A stretch of DNA of 64,000 bases, taken from Chiloscyllium plagiosum. Lineage: Eukaryota. The notes beneath the pieces were generated by a model. It saw only the letters and a list, made by a program, of their open reading frames with translations. It made no database searches and had not been told where the DNA came from. Location of the stretch: assembly GCF_004010195.1 (NCBI RefSeq), contig NC_057718.1, positions 64,423,637-64,487,636 of the forward strand. Direction: 5' to 3'. Of the stretch, positions 25,451-38,575 are shown piece by piece; position 1 is the stretch's first letter; each line of letters opens with the position of its first letter. A program made the translations under genes and the position numbers.

Positions 25451-26351
25451 GTATGAAAAATGCTTTACGTATGGTTTATGAATGAGCCACAAAACCATTG
25501 ACAGATATTTCCAAATCAGACCAACAATTACATTGGGAAAAAGATTAATCATGATATAATTTGTGTTGGCATAGAGGTTCAAATAACATCAGTATGTATT
25601 GAGAACTAGTATTTTAAAACAATAATTTACAAATATAAACAGCATAAATATACAATATAGTTATGTTTGTACAAATTTAGACACATTGTAATTAGAGATG
25701 AGGAAAATAAAACTTGGGCAAAACTAATGCTCTTGGTTCTCCAAATTGACAATTGTACAGCTCTTGCACATATTTGGAGTGAATTCTGCCAGAAGCCATA
25801 TTGATGAGGATATTAGCGTGTACAAAGTGTATAGAAAGTGGACGAACAAGCATGTATCAACCAGCATACAACACTGCAGCTATGCCATTTAGGAGCTGAA
25901 GTCTGCAGTTAATGCTGTCTTAGTCGTACTCAGCTTAGGAGGTGAGGCAATTGGAAGGATTCTTACTGGTACTATTTAATGTGATCATCAGCTACTTAAT
26001 AGATTAGCTGCTAGCTGATTGTTTTGGCTGTTGTTTCAATTCTGTCAATTTTACAGCATTTTGCATTCGTTTTAAATTACAACATCTACAAGAAGTGGAG
26101 TGGTAAGTGCTGAAAGAGTTTTCATGACTTCAAGGTTTGGCACACATCAACTGATTGCATGAATGGTTGCAGTACTCTTATAGGAATAAGAAACAAAGAT
26201 CATACAGAACTGAGCAAGCTGTGAGAAAGGGAGGAGGAGAAGCAGGTGAACAGCTATCAGCAGGACCATAACCAAGGGTTAAGGGAACAATTCTCCTATT
26301 TGAATCGCAGTAAATAACTAGATGTGAGATATCTTCCTTTCAATAAGGACC

Positions 26352-27309
26352 ATGATTTGGAGATGCCGGTGTTGGACTGGGGTGTACAAAGTTAAAAATC
26401 ACACAACACCAGGTTATAGTCCAACAGGTTTAATTGGAAGCAATTGCTTTCGGAGCGACGCTCCTTCATCAGGTGATGGTAGAAGAAACCGAGCAAAGGC
26501 TATGGCAACAGATGAATGGGCACCGCACAACAATCAACAGACAGGAGGGTTCCCTCCCAGTTGGGGAACACTTCAGCGGTCCAGGACATTTGACCTCGGA
26601 CCTTCGGGTGACCATCCTCCAAGGCGGACGTCAGGACAGGCAGCAGTGAAAAGTGACCGAGCAGAGGCTGATAGCTAAGTTCGGTACCCATAGGGAGGGC
26701 CTCAACCAGGACCTGGGGTTCATGTCACAATACAGGTGACCAACATTGCACTATACACACGCAGACACTCCTACACACACACACAGAGGCACTCCTATAC
26801 ACACACATACACACGGACACTCACACACACCCTTACAGACACACACACTCCCACATGCATCCTCTCAGAGACTTAGACCACTCTAACTCACGTACACACA
26901 TATACACTCTCTCACAGACACTCACAACCCCCNNNNNNNNNNNNNNNNNNNNNNNNNNNNNNNNNNNNNNNNNNNNNNNNNNNNNNNNNNNNNNNNNNNN
27001 NNNNNNNNNNNNNNNNNNNNNNNNNNNNNNNNNNNNNNNNNNNNNNNNNNNNNNNNNNNNNNNNNNNNNNNNNNNNNNNNNNNNNNNNNNNNNNNNNNNN
27101 NNNNNNNNNAGATGAAAGACTCAACAGACAATCAAGGTATTTTTCAATGTATAATTTCAGTTACATCACACTGTAAATTTTTGCTATAAATTCTGTGCCT
27201 TACAATTGTGTCCTCCACAGCCACCTGATGAAGGAGCGGTGCTCTAAAAGCTAGTGCTTCCAATTAAACCTGTTGGACTATAACCTGATGTTGTGTGATT
27301 TTTAACTTT
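26352..27309 (+). mobile_element. PLE family B: inverted pLTR + GIY-YIG remnant + (CA)n + pLTR, spanning a gap
   Basis: ETEQRLWQQMNGHRTTINRQEGSLPVGEHFSGPGH..LIAKFGTHREGLN. Hammerhead-like cores at ~26443-26472 (-) and 27225-27253 (+). TSD TTTCAATAAGGA at 26338-26349 and 27307-27318. Confidence 0.85.
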
Positions 27310-27319
27310 CAATAAGGAT

Positions 27320-27492
27320 ACGGAGGTGCTAGCATTAGACTGGGACAGACAAAGTCATAAGTTACACAACACCAGGTTATAGTCCAACACTAGAGGATAG
27401 TAATAGCATTTCAAAACAGGTTTATTTGAAATCACAAACAGGTGCAGTCCTGATGAAAGAGCAGTACTTTGAAAGCTTGTGATTTCTGACTT
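27320..27492. mobile_element. Older short fold-back family B element
   Basis: cacaacaccaggttatagtccaac.. and cctgatgaaagagcagtactttgaaagctt; followed by a third copy of TTTCAATAAGGA. Confidence 0.7.
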
Positions 27493-27574
27493 TTTCAATA
27501 AGGACATCTTGAAGGCAAAAATAAAACAAAATGAATGAATTAATGGCACAAGTACAATTTATTGGGAATGATCT

Positions 27575-29310
27575 TACAGGTATTATAGAGACATCACTAT
27601 GAGGAGACTGAAGTTAGGAACTAAATATTCAGGGGTATGTGACCATTTTAAAGGATAGACAGAGGTGGTTTCGTTAGTACAAAATAGTACATGAGCAAGA
27701 AATGATTTGGATTAGATAATGTATTATCCATATGGGTGGAGGTAAGTAGTAAAAAGGGGAATAAGACAGTGGTGGGAGTAGTCTATAAGATACTAACAGT
27801 AGCTGTTTCTGTTGTGAGAGAATAAATCAGGAGATAAAAGGCTGAACCTAATTATTAGTGACTTTAATCTTCATGTGGCTGGGAAAATCAAGTTCCAGAA
27901 GTAGCCACAAGGAAGAATTCATAGAGTGTATATGGAATAGTTTCCAAGTCACTATGTTGTGGATCCAATCCGAGATCTGGCTGTTTTGGAATTGGTGATG
28001 TGTAATGAAGTGGGTTTAATGAACTACCTCTGAATAAAGTATTGTCTATGGAGCAGTGGCCATAACATGGAAGAACTTAACATTTAGTTTGACAGTGTGA
28101 AATTTGGGTCAGAAACAAGAGTGTTAAATTTAAACACAGATACATACATGGGATTGATAGCGGAGTTGACTGGAGTAGACTGGGAAAGGAGTTTAGCAGA
28201 AAAGATAGTTGATGAATTTTTTTTTTTAAAGAGTTCTTGGTTGACAGCAAGAATGTGTCCCATTGAGTAAAAAAGATTCTTGGAAGGGGTATGGTTAACC
28301 AGGGACGTTAAACAAGTATCAGATTGAAAGAAAAAAAAACAATGTAGCAATGATTACTGGTAAATCAGAGGTTTGGAAAGTTATGTGTCCCATTGAGTAA
28401 AAAAGATTCTTGGAAGGGGTATGGTTAACCAGGGAAGTTAAACAAGTATCAAATTGAAAGAAAAAAAAACAATGTAGCAATGATTACTGGTAAATCAGAG
28501 GTTTGGAAAGTTTTGGGAAAGCCATTTAGAGAATGAGGCTGGGGAAAAAAATAATGGGGAGCCAGAAGGAATTGAACAAATACTTTGCATCCTTCTTCAT
28601 GGTAGAGGATAGTAATAGCATTTCAAAAATGTTAATTAACCAAGTGACTAAAAGAGGAAAGGAAATAAACACAATCACTGTTACTAGAGAAAAGAGTACT
28701 TTGGAAACTAATGAGGCTAAAGACTGACAAGTCTCCCGGACCTGATGGGTTTTATTCTACGATTTTAAAGGAAATAGTTGCAGAAATAGTGGATGCACTG
28801 ATAGTAATGTTTCAAGAATCCTTGGCATCTGGAAAAGTCCCAGAGGATTAGAAAACTGCTGGTTAATTTATTCAAAAGGGGAAAGTGACAAAAAAAAAGT
28901 TAACTATAGGCAAATTAGTTTAACTTCTGTCATTGGGAAACTGTTGGAGTCCATTTTAAGGAATATAATAACAGGACATTTAGAAATAAATAATAAAATC
29001 AAGCAAAGTCAATATGGCTTCATGAAGATGAAACAAACAAACTTTGAGTGTAGGAGTTGGAATATTATGTTGAGATTGTAAAGGACGTTGGGGAGGCCTC
29101 TTCTGGAGTACTGTATCCAGTTCTGGTTGCCCTATTATGGGAAGGATATTATTAACCTGGAGAGGGTTCCGAAGAGATTTACCAGGGGGTTGCTGGGTAT
29201 GGAAGGTTTGAGTTATAAGGAGAGGCTGGTAAGCTAGGACCATTTTCACTGGAGTGTAGGAGGTGAAGAGGTGACCTTTTGACATTTATAAAATCATGAG
29301 GGGTATGGAT
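27575..29310 (+). mobile_element. Degenerate CR1 ORF2 (endonuclease to C-terminus, with deletions)
   Basis: LNIQGY.., ELNKYFASFF, DKSPGPDG, NYRQISLTSVIGKLLE, YCIQFW motifs. Confidence 0.85.
28253..28512 (+). repeat. 130-bp tandem duplication inside CR1
   Basis: 28253-28382 and 28383-28512 are near-identical (2 differences seen). Confidence 0.95.
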
Positions 29311-30900
29311 GATAGTGGTTGTAAGTTTGGAACATACTATCTTTGATCTTTGGTGAATTTCTGTAATGCATATTGTACATAGTCCACATTGCTACTGTTG
29401 AATATCGGTGTGGATGGGAGGGTGTAGATGTGGTCTAAGTCAATTAGACTGCTTTGTCCTGGATAGTATCAAGTTTCTTCAGTGTTGTTGGAGCTGCACA
29501 TGTTCAGGCAAATGGGGAGTGTTCCATCACACCCCTGACTTGTGCCTTATAGATGGAGGACAGACTTTGGGTAGTCAGGAAGTGAATTCCTCAGTGCAAG
29601 ATTCTAACCTGTTCTTGTAACCACAGTATTTATATGGTAAGTATATTTCACTTTCTGTCAATGGTAATCCAAGATGTTGATAGTTGGGGTTCAGTAATCA
29701 TAATGTCATTGACTGTCAAAGGCTAATGGTTAGATATTCTCTAATTGGAGATGGTCATTACTGGCATTAATGTTACTTGAAATTTATCAGCCCTAGCCTG
29801 GATGTTATTCAGTTCTGGTTGCATTTGAACACAGACTGACAATATATAAGGACATGTGCAATTACCAGCCAACATCCCCACTTCTGACCTAATAATGAAG
29901 AGAAATACTGCAGTGATTGGGACTGAGGTCATTGACCTTCAACAACAACAACCATCTTTCTTTGTGCTAGGTATGATTTCAAGCAATTGAGCGTTTTCAC
30001 AATCTGTGTTGTCTCCAATTTTGCAAGGGTTCCTTAATTCCAATGCTGCCTTGATGTCAATGAAAGTCACTCCCATGCCATCTCTGGAATTCAGCTCCTT
30101 TGTCCATGTTTGGGTCAAGGAGGGAGGAATTGGCAGTGCTGAGTCCAAGGGTTGGGACTGCGATAAGGTGAGGGGGAGGGGAAATGAGAAAGCTGGAGAA
30201 ATCTGCATTCATCCCTTGTGGTTGGAGGGTTCCTAGGCGGAAGATGAGGTGCTCTTCCTCCAGGCATCGTGTTGCCATGGTCTGGCGATGGAGGAGGCCA
30301 AGGACCTGCATGTCCTTGGCGGAGTGGGAAGGGGAGTTAAAGTGTTCAGCCATGGGGCGGTTGGGTTGGTTTTGTGCGGGTCTCCCAGAGGTGTTCTCTG
30401 AAACGTTCNNNNNNNNNNNNNNNNNNNNNNNNNNNNNNNNNNNNNNNNNNNNNNNNNNNNNNNNNNNNNNNNNNNNNNNNNNNNNNNNNNNNNNNNNNNN
30501 NNNNNNNNNNNNNNNNNNNNNNNNNNNNNNNNNNNNNNNNNNNNNNNNNNNNNNNNNNNNNNNNNNNNNNNNNNNNNNNNNNNNNNNNNNNNNNNNNNNN
30601 CCTATCACCCTCACCTTAACCTCCTTCCACCTATCGCATTCCCAATGCCCGTCCCCCAAGTCCCTCCTCCCTACCTTTTATCTTAGCCTGCTTGGCACAC
30701 CTTCCTCATTCCTGAAGAAGGGCTTATGCCCGAAACGTCGATTCTCCTGCTCCTTGGATGCTGCCTGACCTGCTGCACTTTTCCAGCAACACATTTTTCA
30801 GCTCATGTTTGGAACAAGGCTGCAATGTGGTCAAGAGTTAAGTGGCCCCAGAGGAACCAAACTGAATGACAGTGCCTTTGCCTGTCCTAGTTCTTCTGTA
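29310..30900 (-). mobile_element. Degenerate non-LTR retrotransposon (same family as 8520-9625), interrupted by a PLE
   Basis: QTWTKELNSRDGMGVTFIDIKAA (RT 'LDIKAAFD' motif) on the - strand. Confidence 0.7.
30121..30805. mobile_element. PLE family A with inversion: GIY-YIG on - strand, gap, pLTR on + strand
   Basis: NRPMAEHFNSPSHSAKDMQVLGLLHRQ..LIFRLGTLQP (-). Intact hammerhead core at 30712-30739 (+). Flanked by imperfect CATGTTTGGnnCAAGG duplicates. Confidence 0.85.
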
Positions 30901-31165
30901 TAGACCTTGAAGGATGAACAGTGGAGTTAATGACTTTCTTTGAAAATGTTTGTAGGTGACCTTGGAAGATGATTTTGATTAGCAAGACATTTTATGCTCA
31001 GTAGTTTTATATTCAGTTGAGATACCTTTGTTTCCTCAAACGGTGATCACATTTGCGCACCACTTTTGCCACTCTGCCAATGCTCTTGCTGTTGCCAGTT
31101 ATCCCTGAGGTGGCACATACTTTAGCCTGGCCTTCCATTTTCTTCTTGTGCCACAGCTGAAGGTT

Positions 31166-31350
31166 AGGAGAAAGTGAGGACTGCAGATGCTGGAGATCAG
31201 AGCTTAAAAATGTGTTGCTGGAAAAGCGCAGCAGGTCAGGTAGCATCAAAGGAACAGGAGAATCGATGTTTCGGGCATAAGCCCTTCTTCAGGAATGATT
31301 CTCTTGTTCCTTTGATGCTGCCTGACCTGCTGCGCTTTTCCAGCAACACA
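31166..31350. mobile_element. Fold-back PLE pLTR insertion with TSD
   Basis: pLTR (-) followed by an inverted stub 31297-31350. CACAGCTGAAGGTT at 31152-31165 and 31347-31360. Confidence 0.85.
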
Positions 31351-31360
31351 GCTGAAGGTT

Positions 31361-34300
31361 GGCTGCTAAGGTTGTGCAACATCCAAAGAGGGAAGATTTG
31401 GAAGACCCAAAAGAATGGACACCGGATCTAACTTAACCTCAGTTCCCAAAACCTCTTCCAACACACTCACTATGGCATCCCAATTACTGCAAATCTTGTG
31501 GCATGACCACAAGCAATGAGTGAGAGTGCCCATATCCATTTTACACTTAGGGCACATTGGGGACACTCCTGTCTTAAATTTTGCAACCCATTCCGGTGCC
31601 AAGTGAGCCCTATGGAGTACCTTCAGTTGAATAGCCTGGGTCCTATTGCAAATTGAGATCTTCCTCACATTTTCCCAGATATCCTCCCACATCTCTGATG
31701 AGATCTCTGCCCCCAATTCTTGAGTCCAGGTTCTGCATAGCCACTCAATGTCTTTCGAAACATTACTTCCTAATAAGTGATAGAGGGTGCTAACCGAGAG
31801 GGCGCTCCTCAACCACAGCACTCTCCTCTCTGTATCTGACTTGTAGGGACTAACCATTAATGTAGTCTTTTTTTGTATGAAGTCTCTAACCTGGAAGTAA
31901 TGAAAGGGATCTCTCCTAGGTAGCTCAAATTTCTGACTCAGCTGCCTGAAGGACGTCATGACCTCCCATCAAATAGATCTCCCAGCAGGAGATTCCTCTG
32001 GACTCTGAGAACATACAGCCAGAGTCCATCGATCCTGGCTGGAATCCAAATATTCCCACTATGGGAGTGAAAGAGAAAGTTTTTTCGTAAATTGCCCTCG
32101 CCCTACCACATCATTCTCCATGCTTTAACTGTGCTTAGGACAATTCGGTTTCACAACAATTCTCATCTTGTCCATAAACAACAAATTAATGAGGGGGCAT
32201 TTTGTTTTGGGGCCTCAATGTCCAACGAGATTGACCACGGGTCTTGACAGGCCCATTCAACCAATTGGTATTTCTTAAAGTCTGGAAAATCTAAACCCCG
32301 TCTTTCCTGCGGAAGCTGCAATTTATCCAGCTTAATAAGAGGCTGCCTATGATGCCAGATAAAAGATCCAAGTCAAATGTAAAGCCTGCATAGTGCTTGC
32401 CTTGGCAGCAACTATGGGAGCATTTGCATGGGATACAATAAGTGAGAAAGAACATTCATTTTGACCAGAGCTGTTCTGCCCAAGCAAGATATCGGAAGAT
32501 CTTCCCTGAGCCAAAGGTCCTGCCTTATCTTCTTTAACAACTGCACATAGTTGGCTTTATATAGTTGATCAAAGACAGTGGTGATAAAAACATCTAAATA
32601 CAGAAAAACCCCCTGTGACCACCGGAAAGGGAAATGAGTTTCATCACCAAAATTGGGCATCCGAGTAAGGTCCCCAACAGGCATGGCCTCCGATTTCATG
32701 AAATTAATTTTATACTCTGAAAACAAACCAAATAGATTAATCACTTGTGTTAAATAGGGCACAGATGTCATTGGATCAGTTAAAAAGAGAAAGACATCAT
32801 CTGTGTAGAGGGTGATTTTATGCCTGCCTGACCCTACCTCCGGGGCAGTTATATTAGGATCTGTCCGGATGCCTTCCGCCAGCGGCTCGATCACCAGTGT
32901 GATCACTAGCGGCGAGAGAGGGCACTCTTGACGGCAGCCTCTGCCGACACAAAAACTATCTGACCTTATACCATTAGTGAGAGCCACTGCTTTCGGATCA
33001 CTATACAGCACTGCCACCCATTTGGCAAAAACCCCTCCAAGACTAAACCGTTCCAGGACATAAAAGAGGTACGGCCACTCCACCCGATCAAACACTTTCT
33101 CTGCATCCAGGGAGACTACCAAACCCAGGATCATTCTTTGCTGGCATATTTGGACCATATTTGATACTCTTCTAATATTGTTGGTAGGTCTACGACCCTC
33201 AATAAAACCTGTCTGGTCCTCCTTTACAACAAAAGGCAAATACCCTCTCCAGCCCTAATGCCAGTATTTTTGACAGGATTTTAAAATCTATGTTCAGTAA
33301 CAATATGGGCCTATACGAAGTGCAATCCTCTAGGGTTTTCCTTTTCTTAAGAGTAAGAGAAATATTTACTTCTCTCAAAGAAGATGGGAGGCGGTCCTGA
33401 CTGAATGAGTAATTGTATATACCCAAGAGTGGCCCGGCCAGCTTGTCTATAAACTCCTTATAAAACACTTTGAAATCCATCTGGGCCGGGCGCTTTACCA
33501 CTCTGGAGCAGCCTCATTGCCTCCTGTATTTCCTGAATTGTCAGGGGGGCATTCAGAAAGGACGCCTGCTCTGAGGTTACACCCGGAAGATCCAGGGTCT
33601 TAAAAAAGGATTCCATCTTCATCATTCTGTCCTCACAGTCCTCCGAACAGTACAGCTCAAAATAAAACTTGCTAAATGCTGCATTAATCTTTTTAGCATT
33701 GCAAGTAAGAGTACCAGCACTCTCTCTGATGGATATAATAGATTGGGGGGGCATTCTTTTTTCTGGCCAAGTACGCTAGGTATCGACCCGGTTTATTCAC
33801 CATACTCAAATAATGTCTGTTTTGTAAAAGAGATATCCCTCTTTACTGTCTGGGTGAGTGCAGCATTCAAAGTAGCCCTAAGGGCTGTATTCCGCTGCAA
33901 TTTAATTGCAGATGGTCTGTTGAAGTGTGCCAACTCAGCTGCCTTCAGGCAAGCCTCAAACAAACGTTGCTGTTCTCACCTCTGCCGCTTCCGGATTGTA
34001 GAGTAAGAAATAATCAAACCTTGTGCATAGGCCTCGGCAGTCTCCCGCAGCACCGATGTATTACTGGCCGTACCTAAATTAATATCCCAAAATATTTTAA
34101 ACTCCTGCAAAAAATACTCTATAAACTAGCTATCTTTCAGGAGGAAAGGGTCCATGCGCCAGTGTTGGGAGCCCGTCCTGCCACCACCAGCCTTGACATC
34201 CATATACACTGCCGCATGATCAGATGCTATGTTCCCTATTCTGCAAGACCAATACCAAATTCAAAACGGTCAATCGGACAAAAAGAATGTCAATTCTAGT

Positions 34301-36663
34301 ATAGCACTTATGTGGATTAGAAAAAAAGGTAAAATCTCTACCCTCAGGCTGAAGACATCTCCACATGTCCACCAACCCCAGCTCCCTGTTCAGGTCCACC
34401 AACTGCCTGGATTGCAGGGATATATCCACAAGACCGGGGCATCCTGTCCACCTTGGGGTCAATAACGTGATTAAAGTCTCCCCCTGTAATTGTATGACGC
34501 GCCCCAAGGGTCATCAATATAGAAAGTGCATCAGTTAAGAATTTAAGAGGATGTGCTGGGGTGGGGGTGAGGTGGTGTGTGGTTGGCAATATACATTCAG
34601 AATCCCATATTCCTCTCCATGTATTAAAGCTTTAAAAATTATGAATTGCCCACACTCATCCTTAATTTGGCCTAGCATTTGAAATGGGAGGTTTTTCCAG
34701 ATGAGAATAGCAACTCCTCCACTTTTCGAATTATAGGATGAGAAAAACACCCTGATTGGAATACCAACATTTCCACTATGGGAGTGAAAGGGAAAGTTTT
34801 TTGTAAATTGCCCTCGCCCTGCTGCATCATTCTCCATGCTTTAACTGTGTTTAGGACAATCTGCAGTGGTCCATAACAGTTCTCATCTTGGCCGAATCCT
34901 CCCTGTTGCAACTTCAAATGCTTCTTATTGGTTAAATGTATTTCTTGTAATAAGGCTACATTGACCCTCTCTTTTCTAAGGCTTGACAGTATCTTTTTTC
35001 TCTTAATTGGTGAATGACTCCCCTTAATGTTCCAGGTGCACCATTTAAATGAATGGCTAGCCATGATTGTCCGAAACAGTCCATGACCCCCCGGGAGGAA
35101 GAACCCCACTCATTGCGTGCCGAGTGAAAATCATAAATAGTTCATATAAGTTTAAAAATGCAACTCCCAAAACTACCAAATCAAAACTTCTAACAGCTAT
35201 TTCTACAACATACCAACATAAAACATAAATGAAAGGAGACTTTCCCCCTTGTGCACAGGGGGGCACTCATACCACCCATTAGCCCCACCATGACTCCTTC
35301 TACCTGAAGCTATGCCCCTGCCCAGACAACACCAAGTAAGAAAACAAAACGAACATCTTATAACAAGAATGTTAAAAGTGGGCACTCAATCTGTCCCCTC
35401 CATACTGTAACTGTAGAACAAAGAAAAGACATAGAAACTCTCCCCACTTCCTCCCACCGCCACCTCCCCCATCCCAAACCTGAAAAGAAAAATAAAAGGA
35501 AATAATAAGAAAAGAAAACCCAGGAAAACAAAGGATGATGGAAGGGAGAGAGAAGGCAGAGGAGAGGAAAAAAATTAAGTAATTATGACCCTGACACGTA
35601 TTAAAAAAAACCACACCCCAACAACCAAGTAAACCAGGCAAATTACAGAGACAAAAAAACGGAATAAACATAATTATTCAAGCCAGTCAGTCTATTTTAA
35701 AGCATCCAAGAAGACATTTGCCTTTTCCAGTGAATCAAAATTGAACACGGACCCTCTGTGCCTGAAATGCAGTCAAATCCCTCAGCCGCCTTTTTACCTC
35801 AAAAAGAGGCCTTCTTCTTGCGAATCACGACTGGAGAGAAGTCCTGGAAAAGCATCATTTGTGATCCTTTATATATCAGAGCCTGAGGATCCTTCCCCAG
35901 TGCTCTCGAGGCTTCCAGCAGCATTTGGTTATCTCTGTAGTGCTGGAGTCGCAGTAGGACCGGGTGGGGGCACTGGTCCGATTCGGGCCTGCGTACTGCG
36001 ACCCAGTGTGCCTGCTCAACCCGAACCTGCCTTATCTCGACTTCCAGCCTCAGAAACTGCGGGGTTACCTCTCCAAGAAGCTGACGAGCTGATCTTCGTC
36101 ATCCCGTTCAGGAAGCCCCACCAAACGGATGTTCTTCTGACGAGCTGCTCCGCCAAGGCTCGCATTCACCTTTCCAGGGCCTGAACCTGACCTACCAAAG
36201 ATTCCACCATGGTCTTGGAAGCTGCGGCCCATTGCTCTGCCTCTCTGACACACTGCCCGAAGTGCTGGATCTCCTGGTCATGTCTCTGCAGTGTGACCAA
36301 GATTGATTCAAGCCTTGCCCGGGTCTCCTCCGTCAACGAATCAATCTTCTCTTGGAGTTTCATAGACTTGAGATCAGGCTGTGCTCTATCAGTGAGTCCC
36401 CTGGGGCGGTCGCGGAGGCAGACACTATGGCCATGGGTGTGTCCATTGTTGCGGGGATGGGAGGTCCCTGCCTGATGCAATCCTCGTGCTCCCTTCCATT
36501 TGGTCATTTTCTTAACAATTTAAACTGATAGTTCTAGGGGTCAAGAAATGGTTATTTCCAGCACATTAAGTAGTAAAAGGAGGGGGAGTGCCCCACTTTG
36601 TCTGGATTCTGGTGCAGAGCTCAGCAAAGCAGACCTACTGGGTCGCCACCGTCTTGAATCTCC
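31361..36663 (-). mobile_element. Near full-length L1 LINE (5' UTR, ORF1, ORF2 EN-RT-Cys), frameshifted
   Basis: 5' end GGAGATTCAAGACGGTGGCG. ORF1 RQKNIRLVGLPE. ORF2 TWNIKG..LLQE, GGDFN, GKAPGPDGF, SYRPILLLNIDFKILSK, SLDAEKVFDRVEW, RQECPLSP, LYTDD, CPKCK..TLTHCLWSC. Confidence 0.95.
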
Positions 36664-36679
36664 AGACGGTCATTTTAAC

Positions 36680-37188
36680 ACAGCGTCCTGCTCGCATGTC
36701 CACGTGTCTGTCCTGGACATGCTGTGATGCTCCAGAGGATTACAACACAAAACTGGAGGAGCAACATCTCACCTTCAAACTGGGCAGTTTATAACCTTCT
36801 GGGCTCAACATTGAGTTCAACACCTTCAAATTGTGAACCAATTCCTTCCCTTTCTTTTACCTTTGCTTGTTACATTCTCTGTCACCCTCTCTCTTGTCCC
36901 CCCAACCCAGTAGGACTGTCTGTTCTTTCCAGTCTGGCAATTAGACACACCATTGTTCTCCTGTTCTCACATTCCAATCACTGAATCTGAACTGTCAACA
37001 TCTTTTCTCTCCCTAGCATTCCATACCCCTCTGCTCCACTATTGAATACATGCTGCCCCCTCCATTTCAGCTCTGATGAAGAGTCATCTGGACTTAGTGT
37101 TAGCACGCTTTCTCTCTGTGGATGCTGCTTGACCAACATTTTTTGTTTTCAGTTCAGATTCCCGCATCTGCAGTAATTTGCTCCTAAT
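36680..37188 (+). mobile_element. Old PLE 3' remnant with degenerate hammerhead
   Basis: KLEEQHLTFKLGSL*PSGLNIEF; ctgatgaagagtcatctggact at ~37073. Confidence 0.7.
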
Positions 37189-37337
37189 GGTGGAGAAGAT
37201 CTGTTTTATCTGCTAGTATAGGTCACAGGTGTGGAAGGCACTGACAAAGGAGCCTGGGTTAGTTGCTGCAGTGCATCTTGTAGAAGGTCCATAATGCAGA
37301 AACAGTGTGTTAATGTTATATGGTCCATTACCGAATG

Positions 37338-37468
37338 TGGAGAAAGTGAGGACTGCAGAAGCTGGAGATCAGAGTCGAAAAGTGTGGTTCTGGAAAAGCA
37401 CAACAGGTCAGGCAGCATTCAACGAGCAGGAGAATCGATGTTTCGGGCATAAGCCCTTCATCAGGAAT
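37338..37468 (-). mobile_element. Solo PLE pLTR (family A)
   Basis: Core at 37437-37464 (-); imperfect TSD GAATGTGG/GAATATGG. Confidence 0.8.
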
Positions 37469-37469
37469 A

Positions 37470-38575
37470 TGGCTGAGATGCACCAGGATTGTTTGAACTG
37501 GCTGAAACCTAAAGGACATAGCTATTAGATTAAGCCTGTGGCAGGCAAGGCAACTAACAAGAGGGGAAAAATGTACTTGGCCAATCCTCACTAACCTACC
37601 TGGATCAGATGCAAATGTCCATGACAGTATTGATAGAAGTGACCACTATATGATCTTCATGGAGACAAAATCTCGCCTTCAGACTAAGGAACTCTGCATC
37701 ACAACGTGTGGTACCACCACTGCGCTAAACTTGATGACACTACAAGACTGGAATACTTGTATACCAAGGCCCACTCTGAGATTCCGAGTGTCATTGATGT
37801 CAACTTTCCACCGTGTGACATTAACAAACAGCTGAAGACACTGTGAAAGCAACATTCTGCCAGTAGTACTGAAGTTCTAGATCTAGCTGCACCCTTAGCT
37901 GAACAGTTCCAGTATGTCACAACACGAGCATCTATTCAACATATAGAAGATTGCCTAGGTATATCCTGTGCACAAAAGCACGACAAATCCAACTTTGCTG
38001 ATGACTGTTCTATCAGTCTGCTCCAGTCATCAGCAAAGTGATTGAAAGTGTTTTCGGCAGTGCTATTGTACAGCACTTATTTAACAATTACTTGCTGATT
38101 GACACTCAACTTGGGCCACTTGGCTCCTGACTTCATTATAGCCTTTGTTCAAAATGGACAAAAAGCTGAATTCCAGAGGTGAAATAAGAACAAAGCAGCA
38201 CTCAACTGAGTGTGGCATCAAGAAACCTCAGCAAACCCGGAGTCAGTAGGAATCAGAGCGGGGAAAGGTCATAAGTTGCGCAAAGGAAGATAGTTATGGT
38301 TGTTGGAAGCCGATTATCTCGGAGGAGTTCTCAGGATAGTGATTTTGCCCCAAACGTCTTCAGCTACTTCATCAATGACCTTTCCTTCATCATTAAGTCA
38401 GAAATGGGATGTCTGCTCATGACTTCATGATGGTCAGTATCATCAGTCTCTTTTCAAATGCAGTAAAACGTGGACAAGATTCCGGCTTAAGTCAATTAAA
38501 TGGCAAGGAACATTGTGTCATAATAAGTCCCAGGTAATGATCATCGCCAACATGAGAGAATCCAACCAAAATTAC
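37470..38575 (+). mobile_element. Degenerate non-LTR retrotransposon RT region (family of 8520-9625)
   Basis: LAAPLA.., VYPVHK..DKSN.., VISKVIE, GVLRIVILPQTSSATSS ([13 protein letters not shown] with frameshift). Confidence 0.65.
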
